NCBI GenBank assembly: GCA_965285935.1
Contig: OZ260665.1
Location: forward strand, 28,086,001 to 28,150,000
Reading direction: 5' to 3'
Source: Ophelia neglecta
Lineage: Eukaryota
DNA length: 64,000 nt
A model generated the notes under the pieces. It searched no databases and had not been told where the DNA came from. It saw only the letters and a list, made by a program, of their open reading frames with translations. Shown piece after piece: positions 49,931 through 63,912 of the stretch (positions are counted from its first letter, which is position 1; every line of letters starts with the position of its first letter). A program made the translations under genes and the position numbers.

Positions 49931-50761
49931 TCATGCATAGGTTCCTTTCAACGGATATATCCCCTCAGTGAAAGTGGGCAGCACCAGCGAGAAATATTCT
50001 AGATTGATATAAAAGTTTTTTTTTTTTTACGAATTTGCGGCAATTTGGTGGTGAAAATAGCAACAATTCAATTCCTTTTTGATTGAAAGGCATTGCAGTT
50101 GCTTCAAAATGAACAGAATCTATACTTGTTGTAATGGTTTTTGTGGACCCTTTATAGCCTATAACATAAAACTCGTACCCCATTTGGCTAATGTAATGGC
50201 TGTTTGGAGGCAGTGCATTGGACTAGTCTTTGAGGAAGTATTACAGCCTCTGTTTTGATTTGACCAGGTGGGGACTTCATGTTTATATCGATTATAAACA
50301 CATAACACTCAAACATTTGTGAAATGCTACCTTCAATCATACATAATCCAATGCTCTTCTGTGGAAAGAATATTTCCAGGCTCAGAATGGAATGTGTCCT
50401 GTGTGAGCATCCGAAATTGGAATATATATAGTTGTTATTGGTACATCTTTCTCTGACTGATTTAGCATTCACTAATACATTCTTGTACCCTAAAATATGG
50501 TCTGCTAAACATGCTTCTACTGTAAAAACATGGACATAATAAGATACTAAATATTTTGTTCTGTTTGATTCTTTGGATTCCAGCTAGGTTTATCTCTATT
50601 CCATGGACTGCTTAGTTTAGTTTAGTGTTTCCTGCTGTTTTGTTCGCATCATAAATTAGAAGAAAAAACAGCATTCCATCAGTGTTTGGGGTGAGGTGCT
50701 ATTGGGTGGAAGAGTGGCCTGCTGGTCAGTGGGATGAGCTGTGTTAGTTTGTTGTCAATGA

Positions 50762-51490
50762 GTTTACCTTGAATTTGACCTTGGTCTTTTTCCAAGGTCA
50801 TATAAGACTTGGCATTTTTTATTACTAGGCTAACTAGCTAACTGTGCAAGGTAGACATATCAGATTTGTTGACAATTAATAGGAAGTCCTATGCAAGGAA
50901 TTCAATTGAGATCACATATTTAACCTTTGTTCCCATTTCAAGGCCAAAATTTAGACTATTTTGAAATACCCCCTGGGAGGTCCCTAATCAGCTTCCAATT
51001 GAATCTTGCCCATTGACAATGTATGTGGCAGGATTAAAAAAAAACCATTTTTTTCCATTCCTTAACGCTAGTGATAGATCTCTGAAATTTGGCATGAACA
51101 TACCCCTTAGGATTCTGTGGGTCAAGCTATATCTGTGGAGAAAATCCTGTTTCCTGTCATTTTTAGGCCTTAAAATAAATATTTGGAAATACCACCTTGT
51201 GAAAAGGGGATAAGAGGAAAATCTGAAATTTTGGGCATAAACACTACGCGATAGTGTCTTGTTAATGATTTTGATTTATTTATTTTGCTTTTATCCTTTC
51301 AAATTGGCAGATATTTCAAATTTCAAAGGCCAAAATTGGCCAACGGTGAAAGATAGACACTTCAGTCATATTGACAAGTACTGTAATAGAAAGTCCTATT
51401 CTAGCGAGCAATTCTATGATGATTTTGTTTTTCTTAATCAACCAACAAGGAGAGTCGAGTACTTTCGGACTTGAGATTTATCTACTTTAG
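50762..51490. mobile_element. Probable decayed non-autonomous Helitron/Helentron-type interspersed repeat fragments
   Basis: TGACCTTG...CAAGGTCA, AATAGGAAGTCCTAT (variant repeated at about 51386) and TGAAATTTGGCATG motifs resemble common mollusc repeats from memory. No termini identified. Confidence 0.35.
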
Positions 51491-51564
51491 TTCTTTATTA
51501 TAAACAAGGTATTCTTATTGCCCATGTACAGGAGCTAGGAGTGCTAATTTACTGCCAAATTTCA

Positions 51565-51680
51565 TAATTGAACATGTATAAATGTATAAATTGAACATTG
51601 ATATGTATAAATTGAACATTGATATAAATAAATTGAACATTGATATGTATAAATTGAACATTGATATGTATATATTGAAT
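51565..51680. repeat. Minisatellite, 21-bp unit (TATAAATTGAACATTGATATG), about 5 copies
   Basis: Direct periodicity. Confidence 0.9.
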
Positions 51681-54440
51681 AAGGTGTATAGTTGTGAGTT
51701 GTGGCATTGTCCTGACTAAAGTCCGAGTGCCTCTGGCCACACACGTCTGCTGACCTTCACACCTCCACTGACCACCTGTCTGACCCCCAGAGGCCTGGCA
51801 GACCAGGCGGCCCGCCCAAGGCCTACTGGTTATGTTTGTCTGGCCTTCTAAGGTGTACCCCTGGCTTGTAATAGTCATATGCGGTCTCCATAAAAGGCTG
51901 ATTGACCATCAAATCATGTGTAATTGGGTTAGGTAAATCAAATTGTAGCTTGATATGTGGGCAGGTTAGAGGCTGGCCAGACACAATTAGCTGATAATTT
52001 CATAGCAACTAATTTAATTCTCTGACAGACCAACAGGAGAGTCCATAATTATAGCAATTCAGGTCGTCCTCATCCAGGTGTTTGTTTGAAGGAAAATGAG
52101 CATCCTTAACTGCCTAGAGAGTTCATCATCTGACCTGGAGGGCATGAGTTCCAATACCAAATATGGCACTGGCTTTACACATGAAGTAAACCTTAGGCAC
52201 CTAGCTTACACAGCATGACAGATTTAGCAGCCAATATTGACAACAGATTGGGCAGATTGGTATGAAACTGGATTATTATAACTAGTATTCTCAATGGATA
52301 ATTAGGGATAACTTTTCGAAAAAAAAAACAGGCTACCTTTTGGGGTCCTTTCCTCATGGGGCCAAGATTCTGCAATGGGGTTATTTTTCTTCAGTAGGTG
52401 TACTTGCTATTTTCCCCAAGAAACCACTCAGAGTCTTTAGTTAATGGTAGTTAACATCCGCTTGGGCCACCTTTTGGACAAATATGTAGACCTATATGTA
52501 GACCTCCTGCATATTAAAAGAATGTATATAATTAAAGCAAAAGGGGGGACGGGGGGAGGGGGGGGGGTAGTAGTGTAGTGCTGTTCATTCACCCCACCCC
52601 CTCCCTATAACATTCTGGGTATCAATACCCCACTCAAGTTTCAGGTACAGAGGTAAAAATAATCGCTAACTTCAGCAAAATTTCACCAAGTAATTATATT
52701 GGACTAAGAAACCTTTGAAATTCAATCAATTTGTCATTCCACTAATTTTCTCAAAAAACTGCAAAATTTCATCAAGCAACAAAGAATTAAAAGTGACAGT
52801 TTTTCCAAGAAAGAAAATCGTAAATTTAAGCTAATTTCAACCCATTCCTGCATAAAAACACTTAATTCTGCAAAACTATTATCTATAATCACCTGCTATG
52901 CTAATGAATTTCACAGGAATGCATCAGCACTTTTTTTAATTTTGGCCCTAAAGGTCAAAACTTGACCTTGTGGCTACCTTAAATTAAGGCTTGCTGACAC
53001 TTTCCACTATGATATCAGTTTTATTAGGAAAGTTTGAATGTAACGTGATATTGCAGTTTATAAAATTTCATACAATTATCATAGATCATCTGAGACTCCT
53101 CATGTCTTATTTATAAAAGGACTGGGCCAGTTTTATGATTTCAGAGTTTCCATGTCATAATATATTCAGTATTTGGTGTGCTGAAGCCACACCACAGACA
53201 GCTTTAATGCAGATCACTTGTTGCCCCCATGAGTATTAAGATACGCAATTTGAACGCTGTCTTTCCAAATAAAAGTACTATCTCTGATAGTTAAAGTGTG
53301 AAAATCTATTTTTTCTAGAAGTAAAGGCATTGCCTAGCCTAGTAAAGTCAGCTTGTTATCTTCTGATTCTGCTTTCCTCGTTTGAGAAGCTAAAGAAGCT
53401 GACAAACATTTGGAGATAAATTCCAGTTGACTCTGATCTGTCGCTTGATGGTGGATTAAGAGCAAGGAGACAAATTATATTACATGACAAGATCTATCAG
53501 TGTATGTCTTGTTCAGGGTTTGGATCCCTTTTGAAGAGATGCATATACATCCCTATGGTGCTGGCTGGGGGTTGCTCCTTGGGGGGGGGGGGGCTGACAG
53601 AAGTGTTGAGGATGGGTACGTACACACCCCCTTCCTGTTCCCTCCCCAACCCTGTGAACAATAGTCCTCTCTTCTACCATCCTCAATTCACTGGTGTAAC
53701 CAGTAGGCTGATGTCTTCAAACACACAACAAGTACATTGATGTGTGAGAACCAGTAAGTGTCAGAGTAATCTATGTCTGCAGGAGTAAAGCTTATCAGGC
53801 GGTCCTGAGAGATGTAGCACTTTCTGGTGCCTCGCTGTGTAAATTGTCTTGGAGAGGGCAGCTGGCACTTTGTCTGGATGTGAGACTGTGACAGGCAAAC
53901 AGACGGATGTTGTTCTTAGGATGTCTTCCCTCCTCTCACACTTATCACTTGTTTCAAGTACACCGCAGAATTATTAATATTAGTGATATAGTGTTCAAAT
54001 GAGATTAGATTGGATGGACACAATTGTTGTTGAGACATATGATATTATAGACTTCTCTTGGCCGGCCCATTTGCTATCGGCTCCCAAGGCATAAATCTTA
54101 CTAAAACATTAAGTTAGATAGTGTTTTTGACTGTATGAACTTAAGCTCTTCAACTGAACATTTATTCAAAAACATTTCAGCTTGTTTGGCCTTGGGACGA
54201 AGATCCATGTTAAAGCAATTTGTTGATTTAATTTAAACAATTGTGAGTAAATTGGTATGATAAAGTTAGCATGGAGACTGGTTGGATAGTAGTAGCCCAC
54301 TTTGTAAAGGAACATTGGAATGAGCTTTAGAATGTTGATAACAAAGAATTGTTATATAAAATGACTCCTACTGTGCTACCTGTATATTGGTGAACTCACA
54401 GCCTGCACACTGGCACATATCAACTAACCCAGCAGGAAAT

Positions 54441-54530
54441 GAGTTTCCAGGGGTAACAAGCATAACAACAGAGTTACCAGGGCTATTAAGCATAACAACA
54501 GAGTTACCAGGGGTAATGAGCTTAACAACA
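54441..54530. repeat. 30-bp tandem repeat, 3 copies (GAGTTACCAGGGGTAACAAGCATAACAACA)
   Basis: Direct periodicity. Confidence 0.85.
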
Positions 54531-55427
54531 CACAAGTTCTTTTAATTAGTGAATTAGTGTATAGGGTCCCCTGCCCTGTAGGGGAATCTGGGAATCAAAA
54601 CCCTTAAGGTACCCATTACTCAAACAGTGGAGTGAGACATATAGCCCTGGAGCAGGGATTAGAGAGTGAGACATATTACACTAGGAGCAGGGATTATCAC
54701 TGCCTGCTGAGTGATGTGTTTGGATTTCAAGCCCCACTTTGTCAGATCTAAGCAAAAGTTGACTCTGGGTGGACTTAGATTTGTTAGCTGAAAAAAGCAC
54801 TTTTAAGGAAACCAATCTGTAGGGGCTTACATGGGTCAACTTCTAGATTTGGATTTAGATTTTTGGGGCTTAATGACACATAAGCACCATATGGGCCATT
54901 TTGTGTCTTTAAGTTGGGTATAGTTTATATATTATCTACTGTACTGTCTATTTTTATTCACATGGGGATAATAGTAAGAAATAAGTGGTTATTGAAAACA
55001 ATAAAAATCTTCCAGGTGGATGGGTCAGAAGTTTTTTCTGTCTAAAATGTGTTAGTAAAAGGAAAGTAAGATACAAAGTAAGCAGTTCAATAAATAGGTA
55101 AAAGGAGGTTCCTTAAGCCTTTGCAGTTTGAAAATGGCTTCCATGTTATAGATCTACTACATTTAGTCAACTCTTAGAAAAAGTCAACTGTTCTAAGGAA
55201 TTTATGCCACTATTTTAATATAAATTTACATTTACATCAGTTGTGTTTGGAGGGTAAAAGATCTTGAGATATTTCATTATTTTGCTTGTCTGCTTTGATT
55301 ATTGTAAAATGGCAAATAGCAACTGAAAGTACGAATAAAATAAGATTGACAGCTAGGTCATGTATTTAAACAGATAGGCATATCCTTAGCAGTTGAATAC
55401 AATGAACAACTGCTTCCCTGGCCTCAA

Positions 55428-56066
55428 CTAGGTGTCTGGCTGGGGAGGACCAAATATTGACACCAGGTGGCCTAGAAGGACAACATATTGACATTAGGTG
55501 GCCGGGAAGGACCACATATTGACACTAGGTGGCCAGAAAGGACCACATATTGATACTAGGTGGCCGGGAAGGACCACATATTGAACTAGGTGGACGAGAA
55601 GGACCACATATTGACACTAAGTGGCCGGGAAGGACCACATATTGACACTAAGTGGCCGGGAAGGACCACATATTGACACCAGGTGGCCGAGAAGGACCAC
55701 ATATTGACACTAGGTGGCCGGGAAGGACCACATATTGATACTAGGTGGCTGGAAAGTACCACATATTGACACTAGGTGGCCGAGAAGGACCACATATTGG
55801 TACTAGGTGGACGAGAAGGACCACATATTGACACTAAGGGGCCAAGAAGGACCACATATTGACACTAGGTGGCCGGGAAGGACCACATGTTGACACTAGG
55901 TGGCCAAGAAGGACCACATATTGACACTAAGGGGCCAAGAAGGACCACATATTGACACTAGGCGGCCGGGAAGGACCACATATTGAACTAGGTGGCCGAG
56001 AAGGACCACATATTGAACTAGGTGGCTGGGAAGGACCACATATTGACAATAGGGGGGAAGGACCAC
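55428..56066. repeat. Minisatellite, 31-bp unit (CTAGGTGGCCGGGAAGGACCACATATTGACA), about 20 copies
   Basis: Direct periodicity. Confidence 0.95.
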
Positions 56067-57839
56067 CTTGAAACACTTGTAAAACAAAATTGTCCATGCC
56101 AGGAATCAAAACCAGACAACATGAGAAAGTCAGTTGAAAATCATAATGGCTCTTTTGGTTGACAAAACTAGGGACTAGTATAAGTAAAAACTGCATGCTC
56201 GTATCAATGGATAGCCCATATTACTGTGTTTTAATTCAGGGGAATCCCAGGAATCTCTTGATTTTGTAGATATCCCTACTAACAAACCTGGCAAACTGAT
56301 AATCTCTAACATAAAAGATATTGTATGTAGTAAATTGACTGCACCAAAGCACACCCTTGCCAGTGAAGATACATTTTATTACCAGATAAGTATTAATTTT
56401 TACCATATTGTACAGTCCCCTTGCAGCCCCCTGTGTGTGGTAAATACCTGATGTGAGTTCTCATGGGTGGCATCTGTCTGTTGAATAAACTGATATACAG
56501 TTTAAGTAGACTGCTGCCTCTCTGACAGATAACTTCAGGGACCTGTACAATTTATGCCAATGCTGACAGAAGCAATTTTGCAGAGGATAGTTTTTGCATC
56601 GGTTTAATGTATTGTTTTACCCAGTCTTTTAAAACAATGCGCAGGACTAGGCAAAACAACCCAGTCACAGGCCCAATCAAATCCGTATGAATCATTGCAG
56701 GCAGCAGTTGGCTATGGACTGTCAGTAAGATTCAGTATAAATCAAACGGATGCTTGGTTTTATTATGAAATGCAGCACCTGGCTCTTTTTACCCTGGCTG
56801 TGAAGATGCCAAACTTCTATAGAAGCCATTTTATACACTGACTCTTAAAGTTATGTAGGTTGAATTACTTGTCCCAGCTTGGTGACAGCCTCAGGCAGAA
56901 TTCCCAGGAGATTGAATTGTGGGAATGGGATTATATAACATTTTAAAAGGCAATACATTCAGAAAAAATATCCTGCTCAGTCTAATTATTTTTACATTTT
57001 TTTAGCTCAGCTCAATAAATCATACTATCCATCATCTGCACATCCATCAATGGCTTACTTTTAAATTATTCCAAAAAACCTCCCCCATAAGTTTCAAATA
57101 CTGATGGATCATCTACTCCCAAATCCACTGGTCTGATTGTCTTTTCGAGGGGTTACATGACAGCAGCTCCCAACACACTGGCCTTTTTTTAAATATTGTT
57201 TTATTGTTTATTACAATAATTGTGGCCTGGAAGCTGAAGTTTACAATATCACAAGTACACATGTATATAGATAAAATAAGATTCATGGAACACAAAATGA
57301 TTAGAAAGTGCAATATGTACAGTCAAAGCCATGATCTGACTAGATTAGATATTATATGGCTGGAATAAAACATATCTTTTTAAGGTAAATTAACACAGAT
57401 TATGAAGAGAATAAATTATAGTCTTTCTTGAAATGCTAGTTTTTACACTTGTCAATAGAGATTCATCATCCTTCGCCTTAGGTCATGGCAATGGTTATGT
57501 TGGTTAGGGATTAAAGAATGGAGTGTATGGTTAGAATTTAGAAAATTATATTTGTAGGAGCACAGTCTGATTTCCTTATCGAGGGGTAAAATGCCATCAG
57601 GACCCAATCCCTTTCTTCCAAGTTTGCATAAGACTGTTTAGTGTCCATCCATCTTTTTTGGTCCATTTCCTATTCTAACAAATATTAAGAAAATATTCAA
57701 ATTATCAAGTGTTGTTTTTGCTATGGTATTACATTCAAGTGGCGTTCACTTCACATGCAAGCAGACCACCCTTTGAATTAATTACATTTACCGAAATCCT
57801 ATTACCCTGAATTGACTGGTGACCTTGAACTTGACCTTG

Positions 57840-60800
57840 TGTATCTCCCAGACAGCCCCTTTCAGCTCCCACCCTATAACCCAGTGTGTCTGACCCTCTA
57901 TATTACCTGGGGAGGGAGAGGGGGTGGGGAAGGGAGGTCTCTACTCAGTGGCTATCAGGTCCTGATGACACCCTATAGCCCTGTGTTGTATCTCCCAGAC
58001 AGCCCCTTTCAGCTCCCACCCTATAACCCAGTGTGTCTGACCCTCTATATTACCTGGGGAGGGAGAGGGGGTGGGGAAGGGAGGTCTCTACTCAGTGGCT
58101 ATCAGGTCCTGATGACACCCTATAGCCCTGTGTTGTATCTCCCAGACAGCCCCTTTCAGCTCCCACCCTATAACCCAGTGTGTCTGACCCTCTATATTAC
58201 CTGGGGAGGGAGTGGGGGTGGGGAAGGGAGGTCTCTACTCAGTGGCTATCAGGTCCTGATGACACCCTATAGCCCTGTGTTGTATCTCCCAGACAGCCCC
58301 TTTCAGCTCCCACCCTATAACCCAGTGTGTCTGACCCTCTATATTACCTGGGGAGGGAGAGGGGGTGGGGTAGGGAGGTCTCTGCTCAGTGGCTATCAGG
58401 TCCTGATGCCCCCCTATAGCCCTGTGTTGTATCTCCCAGACAGCCCCTTTCAGCTCCCACCCTATAACCCAGTGTGTCTGACCCTCTATATTACCTCTAC
58501 TCAGTGGCTATCAGGTCCTGATGACATCCTACAGCCCTGTGTTGTATCTCCCAGACAGCCCCTTTCAGCTCCCACCCTATAACCCAGTGTGTCTGACCCT
58601 CTATATTACCTGGGGAGGGAGAGGGGGTGGGGAAGGGAGGTCTCTGCTCAGTGGCTATCAGGTCCTGATGCCCCCCTATAGCCCTGTGTTGTATCTCCCA
58701 GACAGCCCCTTTCAGCTCCCACCCTATAACCCAGTGTGTCTGACCCTCTATATTACCTGGGGAGGGAGAGGGGGTGGGGTAGGGAGGTCTCTACTCAGTG
58801 GCTATCAGGTCCTGATGACATCCTACAGCCCTGTGTTGTATCTCCCAGACAGCCCCTTTCAGCTCCCACCCTATAACCCAGTGTGTCTGACCCTCTATAT
58901 TACCTGGGGAGGGAGAGGGGGTGGGGAAGGGAGGTCTCTACTCAGTGGCTATCAGGTCCTGATGACATCCTACAGCCCTGTGTTGTATCTCCCAGACAGC
59001 CCCTTTCAGCTCCCACCCTATAACCCAGTGTGTCTGACCCTCTATATTACCTGGGGAGGGAGAGGGGGTGGGGTAGGGAGGTCTCTGCTCAGTGGCTATC
59101 AGGTCCTGATGCCCCCCTATAGCCCTGTGTTGTATCTCCCAGACAGCCCCTTTCAGCTCCCACCCTATAACCCAGTGTGTCTGACCCTCTATATTACCTC
59201 TACTCAGTGGCTATCAGGTCCTGATGACATCCTACAGCCCTGTGTTGTATCTCCCAGACAGCCCCTTTCAGCTCCCACCCTATAACCCAGTGTGTCTGAC
59301 CCTCTATATTACCTGGGGAGGGAGAGGGGGTGGGGAAGGGAGGTCTCTGCTCAGTGGCTATCAGGTCCTGATGCCCCCCTATAGCCCTGTGTTGTATCTC
59401 CCAGACAGCCCCTTTCAGCTCCCACCCTATAACCCAGTGTGTCTGACCCTCTATATTACCTGGGGAGGGAGAGGGGGTGGGGAAGGGAGGTCTCTACTCA
59501 GTGGCTATCAGGTCCTGATGACATCCTACAGCCCTGTGTTGTATCTCCCAGACAGCCCCTTTCAGCTCCCACCCTATAACCCAGTGTGTCTGACCCTCTA
59601 TATTACCTGGGGAGGGAGAGGGGGTGGGGAAGGGAGGTCTCTACTCAGTGGCTATCAGGTCCTGATGACATCCTACAGCCCTGTGTTGTATCTCCCAGAC
59701 AGCCCCTTTCAGCTCCCACCCTATAACCCAGTGTGTCTGACCCTCTATATTACCTGGGGAGGGAGAGGGGGTGGGGAAGGGAGGTCTCTACTCAGTGGCT
59801 ATCAGGTCCTGATGACACCCTATAGCCCTGTGTTGTATCTCCCAGACAGCCCCTTTCAGCTCCCACCCTATAACCCAGTGTGTCTGACCCTCTATATTAC
59901 CTGGGGAGGGAGAGGGAGTGGGGAAGGGAGGTCTCTACTCACTGGCTATCAGGTCCTGATGACACCCTATAGCCCTGTGTTGTATCTCCCAGACAGCCCC
60001 TTTCAGCTCCCACCCTATAACCCAGTGTGTCTGACCCTCTATATTACCTGGGGAGGGAGAGGGAGTGGGGAAGGGAGGTCTCTACTCAGTGGCTATCAGG
60101 TCCTGATGACACCCTATAGCCCTGTGTTGTATCTCCCAGACAGCCCCCTCTACTCAGTGGCTATCAGGTCCTGATGACACCCTATAGCCCTGTGTTGTAT
60201 CTCCCAGACAGCCCCTTTCAGCTCCCACCCTATAACCCAGTGTGTCTGACCCTCTATATTACCTGAAGAGGGAGTGGGGGTGGGGAAGGGAGGTCTCTAC
60301 TCAGTGGCTATCAGGTCCTGATGACACCCTATAGCCCTGTGTTGTATCTCCCAGACAGCCCCTTTCAGCTCCCACCCTATAACCCAGTGTGTCTGATCCT
60401 CTATATTACCTGGGGAGGGAGAGGGGGTGGGGAAGGGAGGTCTCTACTCAGTGGCTATCAGGTCCTGATGACACCCTATAGCCCTGTGTTGTATCTCCCA
60501 GACAGCCCCTTTCAGCCCCCACCCTATAACCCAGTGTGTCTGACCCTCTATATTACCTGGGGAGGGAGAGGGGGTGGGGAAGGGAGGTCTCTACTCAGTG
60601 GCTATCAGGTCCTGATGACACCCTATAGCCCTGTGTTGTATCTCCCAGACAGCCCCTTTCAGCTCCCACCCTATAACCCAGTGTGTCTGACCCTCTATAT
60701 TACCTGGGGAGGGAGTGGGGGTGGGGAAGGGAGGTCTCTACTCAGTGGCTATCAGGTCCTGATGACATCCTACAGCCCTGTGTTGTATCTCCCAGACAGC

Positions 60801-61224
60801 CCCTTTCAGCTCCCACCCTATAACCCAGTGTGTCTGACCCTCTATATTACCTGGGGAGGGAGAGGGGGTGGGGAAGGGAGGTCTCTACTCAGTGGCTATC
60901 AGGTCCTGATGACACCCTATAGCCCTGTGTTGTATCTCCCAGACAGCCCCTTTCAGCTCCCACCCTATAACCCAGTGTGTCTGATCCTCTATATTACCTG
61001 GGGAGGGAGAGGGGGTGGGGACACCCTATAGCCCTGTGTTGTATCTCCCAGACAGCCCCTTTCAGCTCCCACCCTATAACCCAGTGTGTCTGACCCTCTA
61101 TATTACCTGGGGAGGGAGAGGGGGTGGGGAAGGGAGGTCTCTACTCAGTGGCTATCAGGTCCTGATGACACCCTATAGCCCTGTGTTGTATCTCCCAGAC
61201 AGCCCCTTTCAGCTCCCACCCTAT
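57840..61224. repeat. Satellite-like array, 147-bp unit, about 24 near-identical copies, each with a five-run G tract
   Basis: 57841 to 57988 is 147 bp, and the ORF period is 49 aa. Four shortened units, at about 58496, 59199, 60148 and 61020. Confidence 0.97.
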
Positions 61225-63202
61225 TACCACAACCTACAGTCTTTGATAGTCTTCTAACTTGACTTAAACTGTCATCCACACTGTCAATCTGATGGCAAAT
61301 ATTTTCCTCATTTTGACTTTAAAGTCTGCTCAAGTTGTGATTCTTAATGTAAATGTATGTGCTCTGCTATTTGTCTGTCATCATGGTGATTTATCTAGCC
61401 GTGTTGATCGTTTTGGCAGTGCTGCCAGCTTTGAAACTGAGATCTGCAGGGCTCGGCTGTTGATGTGTGGTGCCGAATCTCTCCTCACCTCTCCATGATG
61501 GGAACCGTTTTGGAAGTGATTGGTTTTCAATGGCAAGTTGGTAAAGTTTGTTGGAGGTTGTGTGTGCACAGGGTGGGTGTGTGGGTGATGATGGCTGGGT
61601 GTTGAGATTACAGAATTGTTAGCTAGTGAGGGATGGAGAGCATCTGGTTAACACCCCTTAACACTGCCTGAGCTGTGTACACCAGGATAGTATCTCTGGA
61701 TGAGTAACCCTGGGATAGTCACTCCAGGAGAACTCCTAGGGAGCATCTCAGCCAGACTTCTCTCACACACAATCCTCCCTGGCAGGGTGTATAGAAACCT
61801 GCCAGGCCATCACTGGCTGGCAAATCTATCTCACTGAAAATACTGTAAGATTCATATTAAAGAAAAAAACACCTTTATTCCGTATTCCATGCATTTTTCA
61901 GATCAAAATCTGATAATTTACAGCATCATCGTAGTTTGCATCAGAATATCTGCAGTAGAAATTTTGGAAACATTGTCTATAAGACTTGGAATAGAGGGAA
62001 AATTAGCCAGTAAAGGGCCAAAAGCATTGACAGCATGGCTGTGGTTAGGTCTTTGTACAATACCCTCATTTCTAACCATGTGAGTTACATGTCCAAACTT
62101 TCAAAATAAACCTATTAGCATGTTTTTTGATGGAGCGTGAGCTCATTTTACAATGATACAAGTAAGTAACCTACACAAGCCTCCGGGGCATCTAAGTGGG
62201 GAGCTGTACCCCTACCTGTCTGGTAAATATCCATAAGCTTGTCACTTAACTTTCCCATGTGAAAGCTGCTAGCCGTACTCCTTAGCAGGGCTATACACAG
62301 AGTTTCCATTCTTCTCTTTATGTCGCTCTTTGAACTTCATAGATGGTAGCTGGAAGTTACAAACTAAAACCATCAAAGGACAAGGAACAGCATGTCATAA
62401 CTATATGCACTTTTATGTCTATAAAATTTTACACAATTGTGTCTGATATTTATCCCGAGTTAACACAAGTGTGTAGAGTGCATGTTTTAGTGGGTTTGAT
62501 GCTATCTGTCTATGTTGACAGGTTTATTAGCTAGATATACTATCAGCTTTGTCCATTTGTCTCTCCATCTCTCACATATATCAATATGCATTCCTACCAC
62601 AAACCCCCTTTATATACATTTCATATTTTAAGTTATTTGGAGGGCCTGATGTTATTGTGACAAGTGGACTTTGCCCTAATCATCAGAAAAGTGGCCATTT
62701 CAACCATAATAACTGATCTCCAATAACAAAGACAACATTTTTTCCCAGAATATGTTTCAAACAGGAAAAGTTAGTTCTTGGAAATGGGCCTTATATCTCA
62801 CATTGAAAGTTTGGAGGTCAGCACTACTGTACATGGGATTACTTGGTTAACTTTCATATGGTTAAAGTCTGTGCAGGAAAAGCTTGCAATTTGTGGCAGT
62901 ACAAAAATCCACACATTCCCTTTTCATGAACATTTTCTGCTGTATGGTAATAATGCTGATTATGGTAATTACAATTTATTAGTTTTGTATAAGTATGATG
63001 TACCAGCATGTACTTTCATTTTGCTCTTAATGTGTTGATACCCTTCTAAGAACCTATTCTATTAACATTTTATTGAAAGTTTCACTCTCCCTTAACCTCT
63101 CCAAATAATTGCTACCATTGTGGGGGTCTTGAGGTGCAAAACTAACTGCATGTGATAATGGGTTATATGGTAGAGGTAAGACAAGTGATAATCTGTCATG
63201 CT

Positions 63203-63912
63203 GCATACCCCATATCAAGCCCAGATCAAGCCACACATCCAAGATCAAGCCCACATCAAGCCACATACCTCAGATCAAGCCCACATACCTCAGATCAAGG
63301 CCAGTTCAAGCCACATACCCCAGATTAAGGCCAGTTCAAGCCACATACCCCAGATTAAGGCCAGTTCAAGCCACATACCCCAGATCAAGGCCAGTTCAAG
63401 CCACATACCCCAGATCAAGGCCAGTTCAAGCCACATACCCCAGATCAAGGCCAGTTCAAGCCACATACCCCAGATCAAGGCCAGTTCAAGCCACATACCC
63501 CACATTAAGGCCAGTTCAAGCCACATACCCCAGATTAAGGCCAGTTCAAGCCACATACCCCAGATTAAGGCCAGTTCAAGCCACATACCCCAGATCAAGG
63601 CCAGTTCAACCCACATACCCCAGATCAAGGCCAGTTCAAGCCACATACCCCAGATCAAGGCCAGTTCAAGCCACATACCCCAGATCAAGGCCAGTTCAAG
63701 CCAAATACCCCAGATCAAGGCCAGTTCAAGCCACATACCCTACATCAAGCCACATACCCCACATCAAGCCCACATCAAGCCACATACCCCACATCAAGCC
63801 ACATACCCCACATCAAGCCACATACCCCTGATCAAGGCCAGTTCAAGCCACATACCCTAGATCAAGCCACATACCTCAGATCAAGCCCAAGTCAAGCCAC
63901 ATACCCTAGATC
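63203..63912. repeat. Minisatellite, 30-bp unit (GCCACATACCCCAGATCAAGGCCAGTTCAA), with degenerate flanks
   Basis: Direct periodicity. 10-aa periodic ORFs on both strands. Confidence 0.95.

Noticed and set aside
55428-56066. CRISPR-like 31-bp repeats (also considered for the 25-, 30- and 32-bp arrays)
   Set aside because: Head-to-tail units without unique spacers, no cas genes, and a eukaryotic context.
57812-61257. 49-aa repeat protein
   Set aside because: The frame is broken by 32-, 79- and 38-bp deletions and by a TGA variant at about 60264, so there is no sign of coding constraint.
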